This document shows positions 38,265 through 47,412 of a stretch of 64,000 nucleotides of DNA, piece after piece. Source of the stretch: a virus; the IMG/VR virus record IMGVR_UViG_3300025168_000054, positions 15,959 through 79,958 of that record, one strand, 5' to 3'. The translations under genes were made by a program, and so were the position numbers. Within the stretch, counting starts at the first letter, position 1. Each line of letters starts with the position of its first letter. The notes below the pieces were generated by a model that made no database searches, was not told the origin of the DNA, and saw nothing but the letters and a program-made list of their open reading frames with translations.

Positions 38265-38458
38265 GTCGTCTCCGGGGGGTCAGGAAGGGGTTGCCAGAAG
38301 AACTGGCCGATCTCCGTGCAGGGGCACCACACCTCGTAGTTGAACCAGATGCCGTCTTCCTCGGACTTGAAGCAGCCGATGAAGAAGGCGTCGCCATGCC
38401 ACATGAGCACTTCTTCGTCGGACGGAGGCAGGGTGTGCCGACTGTCGATCCAAGTCAC
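38261..38458 (-). CDS. DUF551-like small protein
   Basis: WID....LPP....VL....WQPLPDPP pattern; GTG start overlapping the upstream stop. Confidence 0.6.
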   Translation of the reverse strand: MTWIDSRHTLPPSDEEVLMWHGDAFFIGCFKSEEDGIWFNYEVWCPCTEIGQFFWQPLPDPPETT

Positions 38459-38721
38459 GGCTGCTCCTTGAGCCAGTCTTCGTGCGCCTTCGCGCACGCC
38501 CTGGCGTAGTTGACGATGTCGGCCGGGGTCTGCTCAGCCGACGTCGCGATGACGCAGGCCGCCCCCGGCAGGTAGTTGGCCTTGCCGCTGGAGAGGTTGT
38601 TTCTCACATCGACCTTTGCTTCGATGTCGTCGAAGCGTCCCCCCGCGGCCACACAGAAAAACAGAGTGCAGCACAGCCAGACAAGCATGAGGGCAATCTC
38701 TGTGGTGGTTCGATCTGTCAT
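38455..38721 (-). CDS. Small membrane-anchored protein
   Basis: N-terminal hydrophobic helix. Confidence 0.65.
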   Translation of the reverse strand: MTDRTTTEIALMLVWLCCTLFFCVAAGGRFDDIEAKVDVRNNLSSGKANYLPGAACVIATSAEQTPADIVNYARACAKAHEDWLKEQP

Positions 38722-39242
38722 GCGTCTTCCTGGGGCATCACGGTGAGTGTGGTGTACTCAGGAGTCGGGTCGTCGTAATCGTAGCGTCGCTCCTCGTACT
38801 GGTAGTACTCGTACTGGTAGTACACGGTGCAGGGTGCGGAGATCATGTGAGGTAGCACGTTCGCGCAGAAGTTCTGGATCTCATCCTCATAGTTCTTCAG
38901 CTCCGAGGAGACGTGCCAGACGCAACCATCCTCTGACCTTTCAGGGAGGATGTTCCGGAAGACGTAGTCGCTGGTTGTCGACGGTGTTTCGACGAGAACG
39001 TGCTGATGCCCGACGTCATCGAGGTCGCGACTCCCCGGAGTGTAAGACCCCCAAGGGATGAAGTCGCAGCGTCGCACTTTCGCCCAGTCGCTGAGCCACG
39101 AGAACTCGAAGTGCTCTGCAGCTATCTGCCAGGTCTTCTTCTGAGTGGTCTCGTCCGGTCTCACCTTCTCGAGGAAGTCGACGACCGCTCGCCCTGTGTC
39201 GTTCAGCGTCGCGCTGAACTTGACCGCTGTGTACATTCCCAT
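38718..39242 (-). CDS. Conserved phage hypothetical protein
   Basis: MGMYT...ELKNYEDEI..F motif. Confidence 0.7.
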   Translation of the reverse strand: MGMYTAVKFSATLNDTGRAVVDFLEKVRPDETTQKKTWQIAAEHFEFSWLSDWAKVRRCDFIPWGSYTPGSRDLDDVGHQHVLVETPSTTSDYVFRNILPERSEDGCVWHVSSELKNYEDEIQNFCANVLPHMISAPCTVYYQYEYYQYEERRYDYDDPTPEYTTLTVMPQEDA

Positions 39243-39243
39243 G

Positions 39244-41202
39244 TCAGTCCTCCCCGAAGAGCGCCGTCAGTACGGACGCCTTCATCTTGTTGTGATCGTC
39301 GATGCCGAGCAGCTTGTCGTCCATGCCCTGGTACTGCTCAGCCGCCAGGAACTCCTTGATTGCAGTGATCTTGTCAGCCAGGACGCCCACGACCTTCTCG
39401 TCGTAGGACTTCCGAGCCAAGACCACCTTGAGCAGCGTGGGTCGACCACCGATGCGGTCGAAGCGACCCTTCCACTGCTCGAAGTCGCCCGGCCGCCACG
39501 GAAGCATCGCGAAGATGGCGAGGTCAGAAGACTGAAGACCGTCGACAGATTCTCCGAAGGCTTGGCCAGTGCCGATGAGCAGGCAGGGCCCGCCATGGTC
39601 GCGGTAGGTCGAGATCATGTCCTCACGTTCGCGGTCGTCTGTACCACCATGACCCCACCAGATTACGGGCTTGACGCCCCCGAAGTTCTTCTGCTTGACC
39701 TCCTTTGCCAGAGCCTTCTCGATGTACGAGGTCCAGTCCTCACAGTCCTGGCGACGGGCTGTGAACAATACGACCTTGCCTCCACCGCGCAGCCCGTCGA
39801 GAACTTCCTCGATGACGTACTTGCGCTTGCGGCTCGCCGCTTCCATCAGGTTCGCTTCGAGCGCTCGCTCTCGGTCAAACTCACTGTGTGTCTTGAGCGC
39901 TTCCTTCTCCGCCTTGGCGATGACTCGCTTGAACGCCGCGGGCCGGTTCTGGTCTGACGGATCGAGCCACACGACCTGGACTCGAGTGGCAGGCAGCTGG
40001 CCATGCGACTCGGTGTGCGTCACCTCTTGCATCAGGTAGGAGGCACGGTACTTGAGCTCGTCGAGGTGGCTGCTGCCCTTGTCGTCAAGCCCGCCGTACT
40101 CACCTTCCTTCGCAGCGCAGTACCGCTTGGCAAACGACCCGAAGCCCATGCCGTACGACCCAGGAGCAAGCAGGTCGAGCTGGCTCCACAACCGGCGAGG
40201 GCGGCCGTCATCGAGAGGAGTGGCGGTCAATCCCACGCGCAGCTTGAGAGACGGCAACCTACTCACATCCATCGCAGCTACCGCACGAGTCTCTCTCGTG
40301 TCGGTCTTGGTGCGGCGCTTCTCAAACTCAATCTGACCGGTGCTGTCGAAGATGGCCTTCCACCGCTTGGGCTGGCCAAACGTATGGAGCTCGTCGATGA
40401 CCAGGACTTGGGGCTCCAGCTGTCTGACACCCTCCAAGTTGTCGGGCAGAGATTGCGCACCGAAGATGACGAAAGGTCTCTGTCCGCCGGCGTCCCCTAC
40501 CTGTCCGGCCCAATCGCAAGAAGCGAGGTAACCGTCAAGCGTCTCGTCGCCTCTGCGCATCTGGCCTTTGGGGATGACCCGGTGCGGAACGATGTTCGTG
40601 TACTCCTGCACTTGGTCCCACCAGACCCGGCGAGCCTTGGCGGGAGCAACGACACACACCGGACCTGGGCGAGTCAGGCTGGAGAGGATGGCTGTCAGAG
40701 TCTTGCCCGCGCCGCAGGGGTAAACCAGCTTCGACCAAGGGCGGGTCGTGGCCCAGTAGACTCCTCGCGCCTGGTAGTCGGTGATGAGATCGGTGACAAA
40801 GGGCTTGACCTCGCCGTCGCTGACCAGGCCTTGCACAACCTGCCGTCCGTACTCGGCCATGGTGTCCAGAGCAGCCTGGGCCGTAGGCCACGCGAAGATG
40901 TCGTCCACGTTGATAGCGTGCTCAATCTGGTAGCGAACGCATGCTCCCGCCAGGTCGTGCTCGAAGAGCCACGCTGCGTTGACCGGGACGTACGCCTTGT
41001 AGTAGGCGTAGCTGTTGACTTCAGCTGCAGGGTTGTCGCGCAGCTCCTTGGTCATGCGGTTCCATCGTCGGTCGCGAGCGCGGTGACCGTACGCCAGCAT
41101 GCCAGGCAGGCGTGTTTCAAGGTTGGCCAGGAGTGCCCCAACACGCCCGGTCACTCGGTAGATGTAGTGAGGTTGATCTTTGAGCGGAGAGAACACGGTC
41201 AT
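39244..41202 (-). CDS. Superfamily 2 (SNF2-like) DNA helicase
   Basis: PCGAGKT, VIDELH, LTATP, LWSQL, QWKGRFDRIG. Confidence 0.9.
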   Translation of the reverse strand: MTVFSPLKDQPHYIYRVTGRVGALLANLETRLPGMLAYGHRARDRRWNRMTKELRDNPAAEVNSYAYYKAYVPVNAAWLFEHDLAGACVRYQIEHAINVDDIFAWPTAQAALDTMAEYGRQVVQGLVSDGEVKPFVTDLITDYQARGVYWATTRPWSKLVYPCGAGKTLTAILSSLTRPGPVCVVAPAKARRVWWDQVQEYTNIVPHRVIPKGQMRRGDETLDGYLASCDWAGQVGDAGGQRPFVIFGAQSLPDNLEGVRQLEPQVLVIDELHTFGQPKRWKAIFDSTGQIEFEKRRTKTDTRETRAVAAMDVSRLPSLKLRVGLTATPLDDGRPRRLWSQLDLLAPGSYGMGFGSFAKRYCAAKEGEYGGLDDKGSSHLDELKYRASYLMQEVTHTESHGQLPATRVQVVWLDPSDQNRPAAFKRVIAKAEKEALKTHSEFDRERALEANLMEAASRKRKYVIEEVLDGLRGGGKVVLFTARRQDCEDWTSYIEKALAKEVKQKNFGGVKPVIWWGHGGTDDREREDMISTYRDHGGPCLLIGTGQAFGESVDGLQSSDLAIFAMLPWRPGDFEQWKGRFDRIGGRPTLLKVVLARKSYDEKVVGVLADKITAIKEFLAAEQYQGMDDKLLGIDDHNKMKASVLTALFGED

Positions 41203-42059
41203 TGTTCCATCCCATGGAAGTCCAGAGGTTGATCGAGGAGCGCGGCGACTGGTCCCTTCCAGCCGCAGCTCTGTCGATGATTGCAGTACGCGTTCAGCTG
41301 TCGTGTGGGGTCAAGCCACCACCACACGGCATTGCGCCGGCAGCGGGGGCACTCGACCAAACGGACGGCTTCGTCGTTGACCACGCCGCCAAGAGTATGT
41401 CCAAGGTCAGCGCGAGCATCAGGGTCAAGGTGCAGGTTGCGTGAGCCTGTATACACAGGGACCTCACGCAGCGACAACGCGCTGGCCAACTGCACTACGT
41501 TGCCCAACGGCGCCCACTTGAGGATGTCATCGACACGAAGCAGCGGCGCTTCAACGTGCCTGAACTCGAACGAGCTCTGATGCTTGTAGTCTTCCAGGTC
41601 GCACGCGGGCAAGAGCCACGACCGTGAGATGTCCTTACAGCTTCTGTCGATGGTCTGGCCACAATGCTCTTCGGCCCACCGCCAAGCTATCGAGTATTCG
41701 CTCTTGGTGATGTCTCGGTCCAGCGGCAGCACAACCCGGAAGCGATGAGCCACCGGGCTGTGCGACCAAGACGTGTGCAGAAGTACACACCACTGCCCCC
41801 ACGTGGTCAACGCTTCGTCGATGGTGGTCCCATCGTCGTAGTCGAGGACCAGGCAGGAAGCCTCTTGCGCGTTTGCCTTCTTGCGGCGGGGAGGCTCAAA
41901 CCGTGCGGGGCTCCACTGCGGGAGCTTGCGCTTGTCCCACACCCGGTACGCTTCGCCCGGCTGGGCCAGCAGTTCGACAAGTTGTACCATCGACAGCTGA
42001 CGTAGCGTCGCCTCGGTCAGGAACAGGTTGTCGAACAGGCTGACCCAGAAGCGCCTCAT
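41199..42059 (-). CDS. AEP-superfamily primase (prim-pol) with C-terminal zinc finger
   Basis: LVLDYDDG, HTSWSH...RFRVVLPL, IDRSCKD; CPRC...CNH..SC. Confidence 0.8.
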   Translation of the reverse strand: MRRFWVSLFDNLFLTEATLRQLSMVQLVELLAQPGEAYRVWDKRKLPQWSPARFEPPRRKKANAQEASCLVLDYDDGTTIDEALTTWGQWCVLLHTSWSHSPVAHRFRVVLPLDRDITKSEYSIAWRWAEEHCGQTIDRSCKDISRSWLLPACDLEDYKHQSSFEFRHVEAPLLRVDDILKWAPLGNVVQLASALSLREVPVYTGSRNLHLDPDARADLGHTLGGVVNDEAVRLVECPRCRRNAVWWWLDPTRQLNAYCNHRQSCGWKGPVAALLDQPLDFHGMEQ

Positions 42060-42313
42060 GCGTCGCCGACCACTTCACCGCAGTACATGTGCGCGGCGTG
42101 CTGCACCTTGGCGATGGTGTCGATCACATCCTTCGCAACCTCCAGGGAGATGTCTCCGGCGTCACACACTGTGGCGATGGCGAATGCCAGCTCTTCAGCG
42201 ACCTGTCGATAGGAGTCACCGCTCTTGATCGCCTCGTCGATTACCGCGCTGGTCGGTCGGTAGACCTTGCCGTAGTTGATCATTCTCATGAACTTGCCGT
42301 CGCGCTTAGTCAT
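42056..42313 (-). CDS. Hypothetical protein
   Basis: Coupled ORF. Confidence 0.65.
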   Translation of the reverse strand: MTKRDGKFMRMINYGKVYRPTSAVIDEAIKSGDSYRQVAEELAFAIATVCDAGDISLEVAKDVIDTIAKVQHAAHMYCGEVVGDA

Positions 42314-42610
42314 TCAGTTGTCCTTCGACGGTGGGTACCACCGCGCTGTCACTTTGTTGGTGTAGTTGTTTTCGCCAGAGTAGTAGAGAGCGCGCTGCCG
42401 CTTGCGCGTCCAGCCTGCCTGCTTCAGGTAGGCGCCGAGTTCGAGCCATCGTCGCCGCTCTCCGACGAAGTCTTCGAACAGGTCGGAGAAGTCTTCGTGG
42501 AATGCGATCTCGCTGACGCTCACACTCGGTAGCTTCGATGTGTTGGCGAGGAAGACGGCGATGCGGCCTACCACTTCTTCGCCGGACCTCTTGCAATATG
42601 TGTTGTTCAT
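42314..42610 (-). CDS. Winged-helix-like hypothetical protein
   Basis: LGAYLKQAGWTRKR resembles the C-terminal wHTH of VirE-type primase/helicases. Confidence 0.45.
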   Translation of the reverse strand: MNNTYCKRSGEEVVGRIAVFLANTSKLPSVSVSEIAFHEDFSDLFEDFVGERRRWLELGAYLKQAGWTRKRQRALYYSGENNYTNKVTARWYPPSKDN

Positions 42611-42843
42611 TCGGGTCCCTTCCAGTGTCGGTAAAAGTTCCAAAGAAACCAGCTCCCAAGAATCAACTTGAGTTGCCAGCCGGTTTTGTAGTGTCTGTAC
42701 GGTTTCGCTCGTACTTTAGGTACGACGATGGGTTCTTCTTCTCTGGGTGATATGTACATTAAGTTCCTCACGGCGCATCTCTGCACCGCAGCGCACAGGT
42801 TAGCGGCCACGCACACAACTGTCAAACAGGGTATGATGTCGCC

Positions 42844-43353
42844 ATGTCTGACCTCGAGAACATCCCTGCCCCCGACCAGTTGCTCGCTCGGTTGAACGAG
42901 CAGGACGCGGCGCTCAGCGATCCCGAAAAGGCCGGAGCTCTTCGAGAGTTGCTGCGCGCAGGCATCACGGTCGGTAAAGCAGCCAACCACCTCGACCTTC
43001 CTGTCTCTGTCGCATGGCGCATGGTCACTTCGGACAAGGCCACGCAGAAGGCGATGAACGATGGCGACGACCTGCGGCGCAGGCAGCTTCGAGCAACGCT
43101 CGAGAACCGCGCTGACGACATGTTGCAGGTCATTGTCAGTCTCGCTCACGACCCTGACATTGACGGGTCGGTCAGGCTGAAGGCAGCACAGGACATTCTC
43201 GACCGGACGGGGCTGCTGGACAAGAACACCGGAGGCGGTAAGTCCAACCAGCAGCAAGCCGCTGCGGTCATCGAGCTCTCGTCTGTTGATCGAGACTTCC
43301 ATGACCGGCTGCAGCGCATCACCGTCCGAGCAGGTACTCGGTCGGATGATTAG
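42844..43353 (+). CDS. Terminase small subunit-like HTH protein
   Basis: HTH (KAANHLDLPVSVAWR) plus VRLKAAQDILDRTG motif. Confidence 0.6.
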   Translation: MSDLENIPAPDQLLARLNEQDAALSDPEKAGALRELLRAGITVGKAANHLDLPVSVAWRMVTSDKATQKAMNDGDDLRRRQLRATLENRADDMLQVIVSLAHDPDIDGSVRLKAAQDILDRTGLLDKNTGGGKSNQQQAAAVIELSSVDRDFHDRLQRITVRAGTRSDD

Positions 43354-43814
43354 TCTTTAACGATACGGTCGATGCCGTACTTCTCTTCGAGCTTGTGCTT
43401 TAGCTCTTGGAGATCGTCAAAGCGGGGATGCCCCATCAGTGTGTTGACGATGGCTTCGGCTGACTCTGTGAGAGGCAGCGACCGAAGAACATCATCAAAC
43501 TCTTGAGCGACCTGCTCGGCCACCCTCAGGGCGTTGGCCTTGCGCTTGTAACCGTAGCCTTTGTGTCCGTCGCTAAACGTCAACCCTGTCGGCCAATGCG
43601 TAATCTTCCATCGCTTGTGTTTGGTCGAGTGACCAAACTCGACTTCCCACGTCGTGGGGTCGTCCTTGTCCTTGATCGTGTGGTCTACGATGTTGCGCGG
43701 GTGTACGGCCAGCTGACCGTAGCACCGAGCGTTACGCGCAATGACCTGGTAGGCACCGTCAACCTCGGGTAGCCGAGTGAAGACGGTGATGTCGTGAGTG
43801 CGCCACTTGTTCAT
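43350..43814 (-). CDS. Hypothetical protein
   Basis: WKITHWPTG motif; RBS GGAGG. Confidence 0.7.
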   Translation of the reverse strand: MNKWRTHDITVFTRLPEVDGAYQVIARNARCYGQLAVHPRNIVDHTIKDKDDPTTWEVEFGHSTKHKRWKITHWPTGLTFSDGHKGYGYKRKANALRVAEQVAQEFDDVLRSLPLTESAEAIVNTLMGHPRFDDLQELKHKLEEKYGIDRIVKD

Positions 43815-43815
43815 G

Positions 43816-44322
43816 TCAGTCCTCCCAGATGCGAGAGGCATCAAGCAGCGCCGTCATAAACTTCTTGAGCTTGTCTCGCTTGTCGTCGTCCCCGTCACCC
43901 TCGAGATCCTTGATGGTGATGTAGTCGCGCTGCATCGGAGACAAGAAGTTCACCCGCTGATGCTCGTTGTCGAACCGAACATCAACCCAGCGGGTGCCTA
44001 CCCGGTACTCTGCGGCAGTGCGTCCGTCGTGGTCTGTGATAACCAGCGCCGCCAACTGGATCGGCGGGATGAACGTCTCACGAACAGGCACCGCAAGGGG
44101 CATGTCGCCGGGCTTCATGTCCGAGAAGCCCAGCACCATGTCCTCGAGCAGCACAAGGCGGCGCGACTCGCCCTCGGTCTCCTCGTGGTTGGTGATGATC
44201 TGACACAGGCTCCAGATGTCACCTGTAGCCAGCTCCTGGTACCAGAACTCTTGGGGGTCAGGCCAGGTGCGGGTGCTCTCGTCCAAGACTCTGCCGTTGG
44301 ACTGCAGGGTGTAACGGTTCAT
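43816..44322 (-). CDS. Hypothetical protein
   Basis: RBS AAGGAG at 44322 start. Confidence 0.7.
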   Translation of the reverse strand: MNRYTLQSNGRVLDESTRTWPDPQEFWYQELATGDIWSLCQIITNHEETEGESRRLVLLEDMVLGFSDMKPGDMPLAVPVRETFIPPIQLAALVITDHDGRTAAEYRVGTRWVDVRFDNEHQRVNFLSPMQRDYITIKDLEGDGDDDKRDKLKKFMTALLDASRIWED

Positions 44323-44350
44323 TGCTGCTCCTTCGTGTGGTGTTGTGTGC

Positions 44351-44623
44351 CTAACCTGCGTTGCGCTGGCAGGCAAGTGTGAGTGCTTCTTCCAGTGTGA
44401 GCGGGTCGATGGACCCGTCCACGTCTCCATCATACGAGTGGCACAGGTACCACCCGTTGGGATCGAGCTCGTCTTCGACGTAGCCCTCCGCCCACGTGAC
44501 TCCCCAGACGTTGTCGCTCTCAGGCTCTACCGGGTAGGACGCAACCCACCGCACGTGTGGGTCGAGTACCTGCAGCGGCTCGAAACCGAAGGAGGCCAGC
44601 ATGACGTCCTGTTCCTGGCTCAT
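44351..44623 (-). CDS. Acidic hypothetical protein
   Basis: RBS GGAGG, ATGA overlap. Confidence 0.65.
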   Translation of the reverse strand: MSQEQDVMLASFGFEPLQVLDPHVRWVASYPVEPESDNVWGVTWAEGYVEDELDPNGWYLCHSYDGDVDGSIDPLTLEEALTLACQRNAG

Positions 44624-44742
44624 GCGACCTCCTGCCCTTCGATTTCGGTGAACTCGATACCGGTAATCCAGCCCGGCTTCCAGCCATTGCGGCCCAGGCG
44701 GTTCTGCTGTGCTGCCTTGATTGCAAGTGCATATCCAAACAT
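44620..44742 (-). CDS. Small hypothetical protein (40 aa)
   Basis: RBS GGGAG; coupled on both sides. Confidence 0.55.
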   Translation of the reverse strand: MFGYALAIKAAQQNRLGRNGWKPGWITGIEFTEIEGQEVA

Positions 44743-44743
44743 G

Positions 44744-45181
44744 TCACTCTCCCTTGTTGTTGAGGTCGTGCTTGACGAGCCAGATGCCCGGCTCGCTCCC
44801 GCTGTCGATCGCACGCATCAGACTCTTGACGAACTTGCTGTCCGTCAGGCTGGAGGCGTTGGTACGCAAACCGATGTGGTCGTACACGTCGCTCGCCTTG
44901 ACGATGTTGTCACTGTCGTGGTTGCAGACACGCTGCCAGGCGTAGGCCCGAGTGTAGAACTTCTCCCAGTTCTTCTCGGTGATGCGACCGATACCGACCG
45001 GCATGGTCAGCCAGATGAGCTGCTCGGTCTTCGCCGAGAAGACGCGGAAGTCATCGTCACCGTTGTCGATGACCGTGCGCTCGCGCTTGTGCTTGCGGTA
45101 GTAGGCGATCTCCTCCGGGTCAGTGACCATGGGGAAGGTGACATCGCGGGAAACATCGGCGTAGTTAAAATTAAGGGACAT
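44744..45181 (-). CDS. Conserved phage hypothetical protein
   Basis: TMPVGIGRITEKNWEKFY.R...HIGLRTN motif. Confidence 0.75.
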   Translation of the reverse strand: MSLNFNYADVSRDVTFPMVTDPEEIAYYRKHKRERTVIDNGDDDFRVFSAKTEQLIWLTMPVGIGRITEKNWEKFYTRAYAWQRVCNHDSDNIVKASDVYDHIGLRTNASSLTDSKFVKSLMRAIDSGSEPGIWLVKHDLNNKGE

Positions 45182-45207
45182 GTGTATCTCTCTTTGGTTG
45201 GGTTGGT

Positions 45208-45255
45208 TTAGTTGTTGAGCGCAGACATCAGACGACCGTTCAAGACGTCAGGCAT
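45208..45255 (-). CDS. 15-aa minigene or gene relic (MPDVLNGRLMSALNN)
   Basis: Same RBS and first codons as the upstream gene. Confidence 0.4.
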   Translation of the reverse strand: MPDVLNGRLMSALNN

Positions 45256-45503
45256 GTCTCTCTCCTGTGTGATTGATCTGGTGCCCGTAGGCAAAGTGTC
45301 CGTTGTCCAGGTCCACGACCACTCGGTCCTCTGACACCGTGGTCCAGAGAACCTCGGTCACCTCATGCCCGTACTTTTCGCCGGGTCGCTCGGTCACCTC
45401 CAGGTGGGTGACCGTTGCTTTGAGGGGTGCGTCACGTCCCCAGCCTCCGCGCCAGATGACGACGTCTCCAACCTTCAGTACGTCAGGCATGTCTCTCTCC
45501 TGT
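45245..45503 (-). repeat. 24-bp exact direct repeat ACAGGAGAGAGACATGCCTGACGT (45245-45268 and 45480-45503)
   Basis: Exact match read from the sequence; partial third copy at 45762-45781. Confidence 0.9.
45248..45490 (-). CDS. SH3/KOW-like small hypothetical protein
   Basis: LKVGDVVIWRGGWG...LDNGHFAYG.QI. Confidence 0.7.
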   Translation of the reverse strand: MPDVLKVGDVVIWRGGWGRDAPLKATVTHLEVTERPGEKYGHEVTEVLWTTVSEDRVVVDLDNGHFAYGHQINHTGERHA

Positions 45504-45512
45504 TGAAGTGAC

Positions 45513-45770
45513 TCAGGTGTTGCCGGCGGAGTTGCCGTCTACCCAAACTTGGTAGTCGTCATACGGGTAGTTGAGCAGGTAGTCCGTGCCTTTCGGGGCA
45601 ACCCTCCTCTGCAGGAAGTTGCCCTTGCTGTCACGCAAGTCGCGGATGACCCAGGCATCCTCCGACTTGTCAGACCAGTAGAACGTGGAGCCGTCCTCGA
45701 GAAGATCGAGAGCGTGAGGCGTGAGCGGGCCCATGCCACAGGCGGGGGGAAGTGAGTGAGTGTCGGGCAT
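45513..45770 (-). CDS. Hypothetical protein
   Basis: RBS AGGAG. Confidence 0.7.
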   Translation of the reverse strand: MPDTHSLPPACGMGPLTPHALDLLEDGSTFYWSDKSEDAWVIRDLRDSKGNFLQRRVAPKGTDYLLNYPYDDYQVWVDGNSAGNT

Positions 45771-45779
45771 GTCTCTCTC

Positions 45780-46166
45780 CTACAGGTTGATGCCGCACGC
45801 CAACGTGTGCGGCTTTCCGTTTGTGACGTTGAAGACCGCGAACTGGCTGGTCAGCAGCGGTTGGTTGTTGCCCACCACGAACGTCTCGAGCTCGTAGGGG
45901 TTGTACCGAACTGCCTGCTCCGTTCCGTCGAGCAGGCTGAGGTGAGTGATCCACCCCTTGGCGTAGGCATGGACATGCTCCCTGCCCTCACGCCTCACGC
46001 GAGCACGGCCGGAAGGTTGCACCCTCCAGGTCACGTACTTCAACACGATGCGCTTGGCGTACCCAACCACCAGGGCATGCTGTCGCACACTCCATTCTCG
46101 GCGGCGCTGGTTGAAGTACACCTGCACCGGGCGCTCTCGGTCGAAGAGCTGGTGGGTGCGCTTCAT
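45780..46166 (-). CDS. Conserved phage hypothetical protein
   Basis: VYFN....WSVR...GRARVRREGREHVHAY motif. Confidence 0.75.
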   Translation of the reverse strand: MKRTHQLFDRERPVQVYFNQRRREWSVRQHALVVGYAKRIVLKYVTWRVQPSGRARVRREGREHVHAYAKGWITHLSLLDGTEQAVRYNPYELETFVVGNNQPLLTSQFAVFNVTNGKPHTLACGINL

Positions 46167-46167
46167 G

Positions 46168-46764
46168 TCAGTTCTCCTCGATGACGATGACGTCGTTGCT
46201 GTTGACCCAGAGGGTCTCCTCGGTTTCGTTCTCGACGTTGATGCCGAGACGCTGGCCCGGCTTGTACCGGTCCTGACCTGTCCAGAAGACATGGCCGACC
46301 TTGCCGATGTTGTGCTGACTCTTGGGTCCAGCACGCACCACCCGGATGAAGTCTCCGCGCTGAACCTGCCGGTCCGTCTCCTCGACCAGGTGGGCGAGAC
46401 TCTCAGCCCGCCGAGGCGACGGCGTCGGGGGCGGGGGCTGCGCCGCGCTCTGCGGTGCAGTGCCGAACGGGTAGCCGGCAACGGCTCCGCACTCTCGGCA
46501 GTAGTCGAATCCGACCACGCCGTCGTATCCGAAGTGGGTGGTGTTGCCGCATCCTGCGATGCAGCTCATGGTGGCGGTGGGGGTCGAGGTGGTGGGCATG
46601 GTGCTCTCCTTGGTGAGGTAGTCCTTCGGGATGAACATCCGCGAAGGCTTGATGGTGCGGTGCTGTCCTGCCTGGTAGGCGAGACGCATCACGTCGTCGG
46701 GCTGGCCGGAGTGGACCCGGCCATCGTGGTCAGTCCACTGCAGGCGTGTCTTCACACCTTCCAT
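46168..46764 (-). CDS. Hypothetical protein with zinc finger and SH3-like domain (alternative start 46599)
   Basis: CIAGC...CREC; strong internal RBS AAGGAG at 46599. Confidence 0.6.
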   Translation of the reverse strand: MEGVKTRLQWTDHDGRVHSGQPDDVMRLAYQAGQHRTIKPSRMFIPKDYLTKESTMPTTSTPTATMSCIAGCGNTTHFGYDGVVGFDYCRECGAVAGYPFGTAPQSAAQPPPPTPSPRRAESLAHLVEETDRQVQRGDFIRVVRAGPKSQHNIGKVGHVFWTGQDRYKPGQRLGINVENETEETLWVNSNDVIVIEEN

Positions 46765-47345
46765 TGCTTTGCCTTCGACGTACAGTCGCCTTCGTAGGTG
46801 TATGTGGCTTCGCACATGTAGACGGTGCCGACATCCGGCACGTACTTGGCCGTCTCCGTGAACGTCTCCAGCACGGCGGTGTAGCCACTCTCCCAGACCC
46901 AGTAGTCGTCCTCGTGCCGGAGCGTGAACTTGATCTGTGTAGGGGGAAGCGCACGCGTCCCCTCCGTCTCTGTCCACAGAACCGGAGTGATTCGATCCCA
47001 CGTCTCGTCGTTGAAGTCGATCCAGATCTCGCCCTCTTCGTCCCGGAGGATGCAACTTTCCTCGAAGTTGTACTCCGCCTCGTTCTCCCAGTGCTCAGCG
47101 CACGGGGTGTTGAACAGCTCGGGCAGGCCAGCGGCCTTGACCAAGGCGTCCATGTCGTGGAACTTGCTGGTGCTCGACTTCGCAGCGAGGTCCGTCTTGT
47201 GCTTAGCCACCAGCTTGCGGAGGGCCTCAACGGCATCCTCCTGCATCGGAGCCCACGCCTGGCATGGGTACTCCGTCGACCGGGCGTGCCATCCCGGCGT
47301 CCGGTTGGTGTCTTCCATCTCTCGCAGTTTCATCTTCGGGTCCAT
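46752..47345 (-). CDS. Acidic hypothetical protein
   Basis: RBS CAGGAGAGAGAC-ATG. Confidence 0.7.
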   Translation of the reverse strand: MDPKMKLREMEDTNRTPGWHARSTEYPCQAWAPMQEDAVEALRKLVAKHKTDLAAKSSTSKFHDMDALVKAAGLPELFNTPCAEHWENEAEYNFEESCILRDEEGEIWIDFNDETWDRITPVLWTETEGTRALPPTQIKFTLRHEDDYWVWESGYTAVLETFTETAKYVPDVGTVYMCEATYTYEGDCTSKAKQWKV

Positions 47346-47412
47346 GTCTCTCTCCTGGTTGGGGTGGGTGTGGGGCACCTGTCAGGCCGTGCCCCCCTGC
47401 GCCTTGTGTCTC

